In this document: positions 62,701-64,000 of the stretch, one piece after another
Position numbering within the stretch: the stretch's first letter is position 1
Layout of the letters: every line of letters starts with the position of its first letter
Source: Octopus bimaculoides
Taxonomy: Eukaryota
Direction: 5' to 3'
Assembly: GCF_001194135.2 (NCBI RefSeq)
Contig: NC_068982.1
Coordinates: 93,954,094 to 94,018,093, forward strand
DNA length: 64,000 bases
Position numbers and translations under genes: made by a program
Notes under the pieces: model-generated
The model's database searches: none
The model's input: the letters and a program-made list of their open reading frames with translations, nothing else
What the model was told of the DNA's origin: nothing

Positions 62701-64000
62701 CTAGCAGTTTGAGTGACTACCTATTGGTTTTTATCGTGTTGGTGTTGTTTTTCAGACCCAGGTCAACCTCGATAGAATACTTCTTATAAACAACATGGCT
62801 TCATGCTTCCCTCAGGAACTGTATACTACATTGCTCAGGTAATGTCTCTTTTGTAAACGATGCAGTGTAATTTGATAGAGATTTTACTACTATTTCTCAC
62901 AGGTGGACCATATTGGCTTGGAACCTAGATAAGGTGTTAGTCAGAAGCGTTATCACTAAAAGGCCACTGAATCGTATAGCGCACTAGTATATATGTATCA
63001 TTTCAATATATAGTAATTTATAACGTCAATGCTTAAATAAACAGCTACAAGAGAAAATTTATTATACTATTAAACATAAAGGGGGAATAAACAATTCTTA
63101 CAATGAAGGAGACAAGCAAATGAATTACCAATCGATAACAGTTATGGACTTCTGGAAATTATAAATATCAATTTTTGTAGAATTAAAAACAAAAAACAAA
63201 TGCATAACATACTATTATGTAAAGTTGAGCCTAAAATACACAGGAAAGAAGTCAAGGTACAAAATATCATTTATTTATATGTGACAAATATATTGTAAGA
63301 AAATGTACATACTGAAAGAGATATAAATGAATCAGATTAATTTCAAGAAGTCAGGCATCACACTTAAGAATAATCAAAACCCCCGAAGTCTTGCGTTATT
63401 TCTAAACATCTAATCAGACTTACTATATAAATTGATATTTATAAACATCTCACCTAAAGTATGACGTACGTTAATTTAGAAAACAATTTTTAGATTTGTA
63501 GTAATGATGACAAGTATATAATTGTAAACAGCCTTATCATTTCTTTTCATCATCGCTGTAATTGTTTTATAAGAGATATAACTTGAGATTGGAATTTTGT
63601 GTAAATTTAGGAAAGAAATTTTGCTTTCAAGCTGTTGAATGTAAAAGCCAGTTTATCTATACACACAAGAGTTTTTAAAAATTTCTTTGAATAACATTAA
63701 TATTTAAAATATTGATTTATCAAAGCAAAACTTACTGTGGATTTAAGTCAAGTATAAGAAGATTTAAAAAGAAATAGCAACATCTAGCAAAATAAATAAT
63801 TTAACTGTAACAGAAGAGTTTCATGTTGAATTCAATTAGCGTATCTCCAAGAATTTGTTAATTTAATGAACATCATCTAAATGCTGTCTCTTTCCTTCTG
63901 AAGCCAGTGACAATCTTTGGTAAAACAAAGATTTTAAAATGAATATACCAATTTGGAAAGTTTCTATTCAACGACATTAAGTACGTGAACGCTTAAGTAC

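Noticed and set aside
1-64000. CRISPR arrays, operons, rRNA or true tRNA genes
   Set aside because: All tandem repeats are microsatellites or minisatellites without unique spacers, and the tRNA-like A/B boxes belong to SINE heads that continue into SINE bodies.

Overview
This is eukaryotic, AT-rich, repeat-dense genomic DNA from a draft assembly with ten N-gaps, most next to microsatellites. The tRNA-derived SINE families and the abundant (CATA)n/(TA)n/(TAA)n tracts look like an octopus (coleoid cephalopod) genome; that assignment is an inference from recalled repeat sequence. I see no prokaryotic features, CRISPR arrays, rRNA or bona fide tRNA genes, and most ORFs in the supplied track are microsatellite or gap artefacts. 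The window is dominated by decayed mobile DNA: many fragments of R4/Dong-like restriction-endonuclease (RLE) LINEs from several families (one near full length at 52.2-56.1 kb), RTE, CR1-like and Tx1/L1-like LINE pieces, Penelope-like elements, a full-length but dead mariner, a pogo-like transposase remnant, Helentron-like non-autonomous elements and three SINE families. The best non-TE signal is a set of small, phase-compatible minus-strand exons (36030-35910, 30229-30189, 21317-21262, 7102-7013, and possibly 43938-43910 and 41326-40956). They splice into a Cys-rich protein with a GPI-signal-like C-terminus and GAS1/GFR-alpha-like cysteine spacing. Two of these exons are bracketed by intronic inverted repeats that could pair in the pre-mRNA. 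The gene model was built by eye and needs RNA-seq confirmation.
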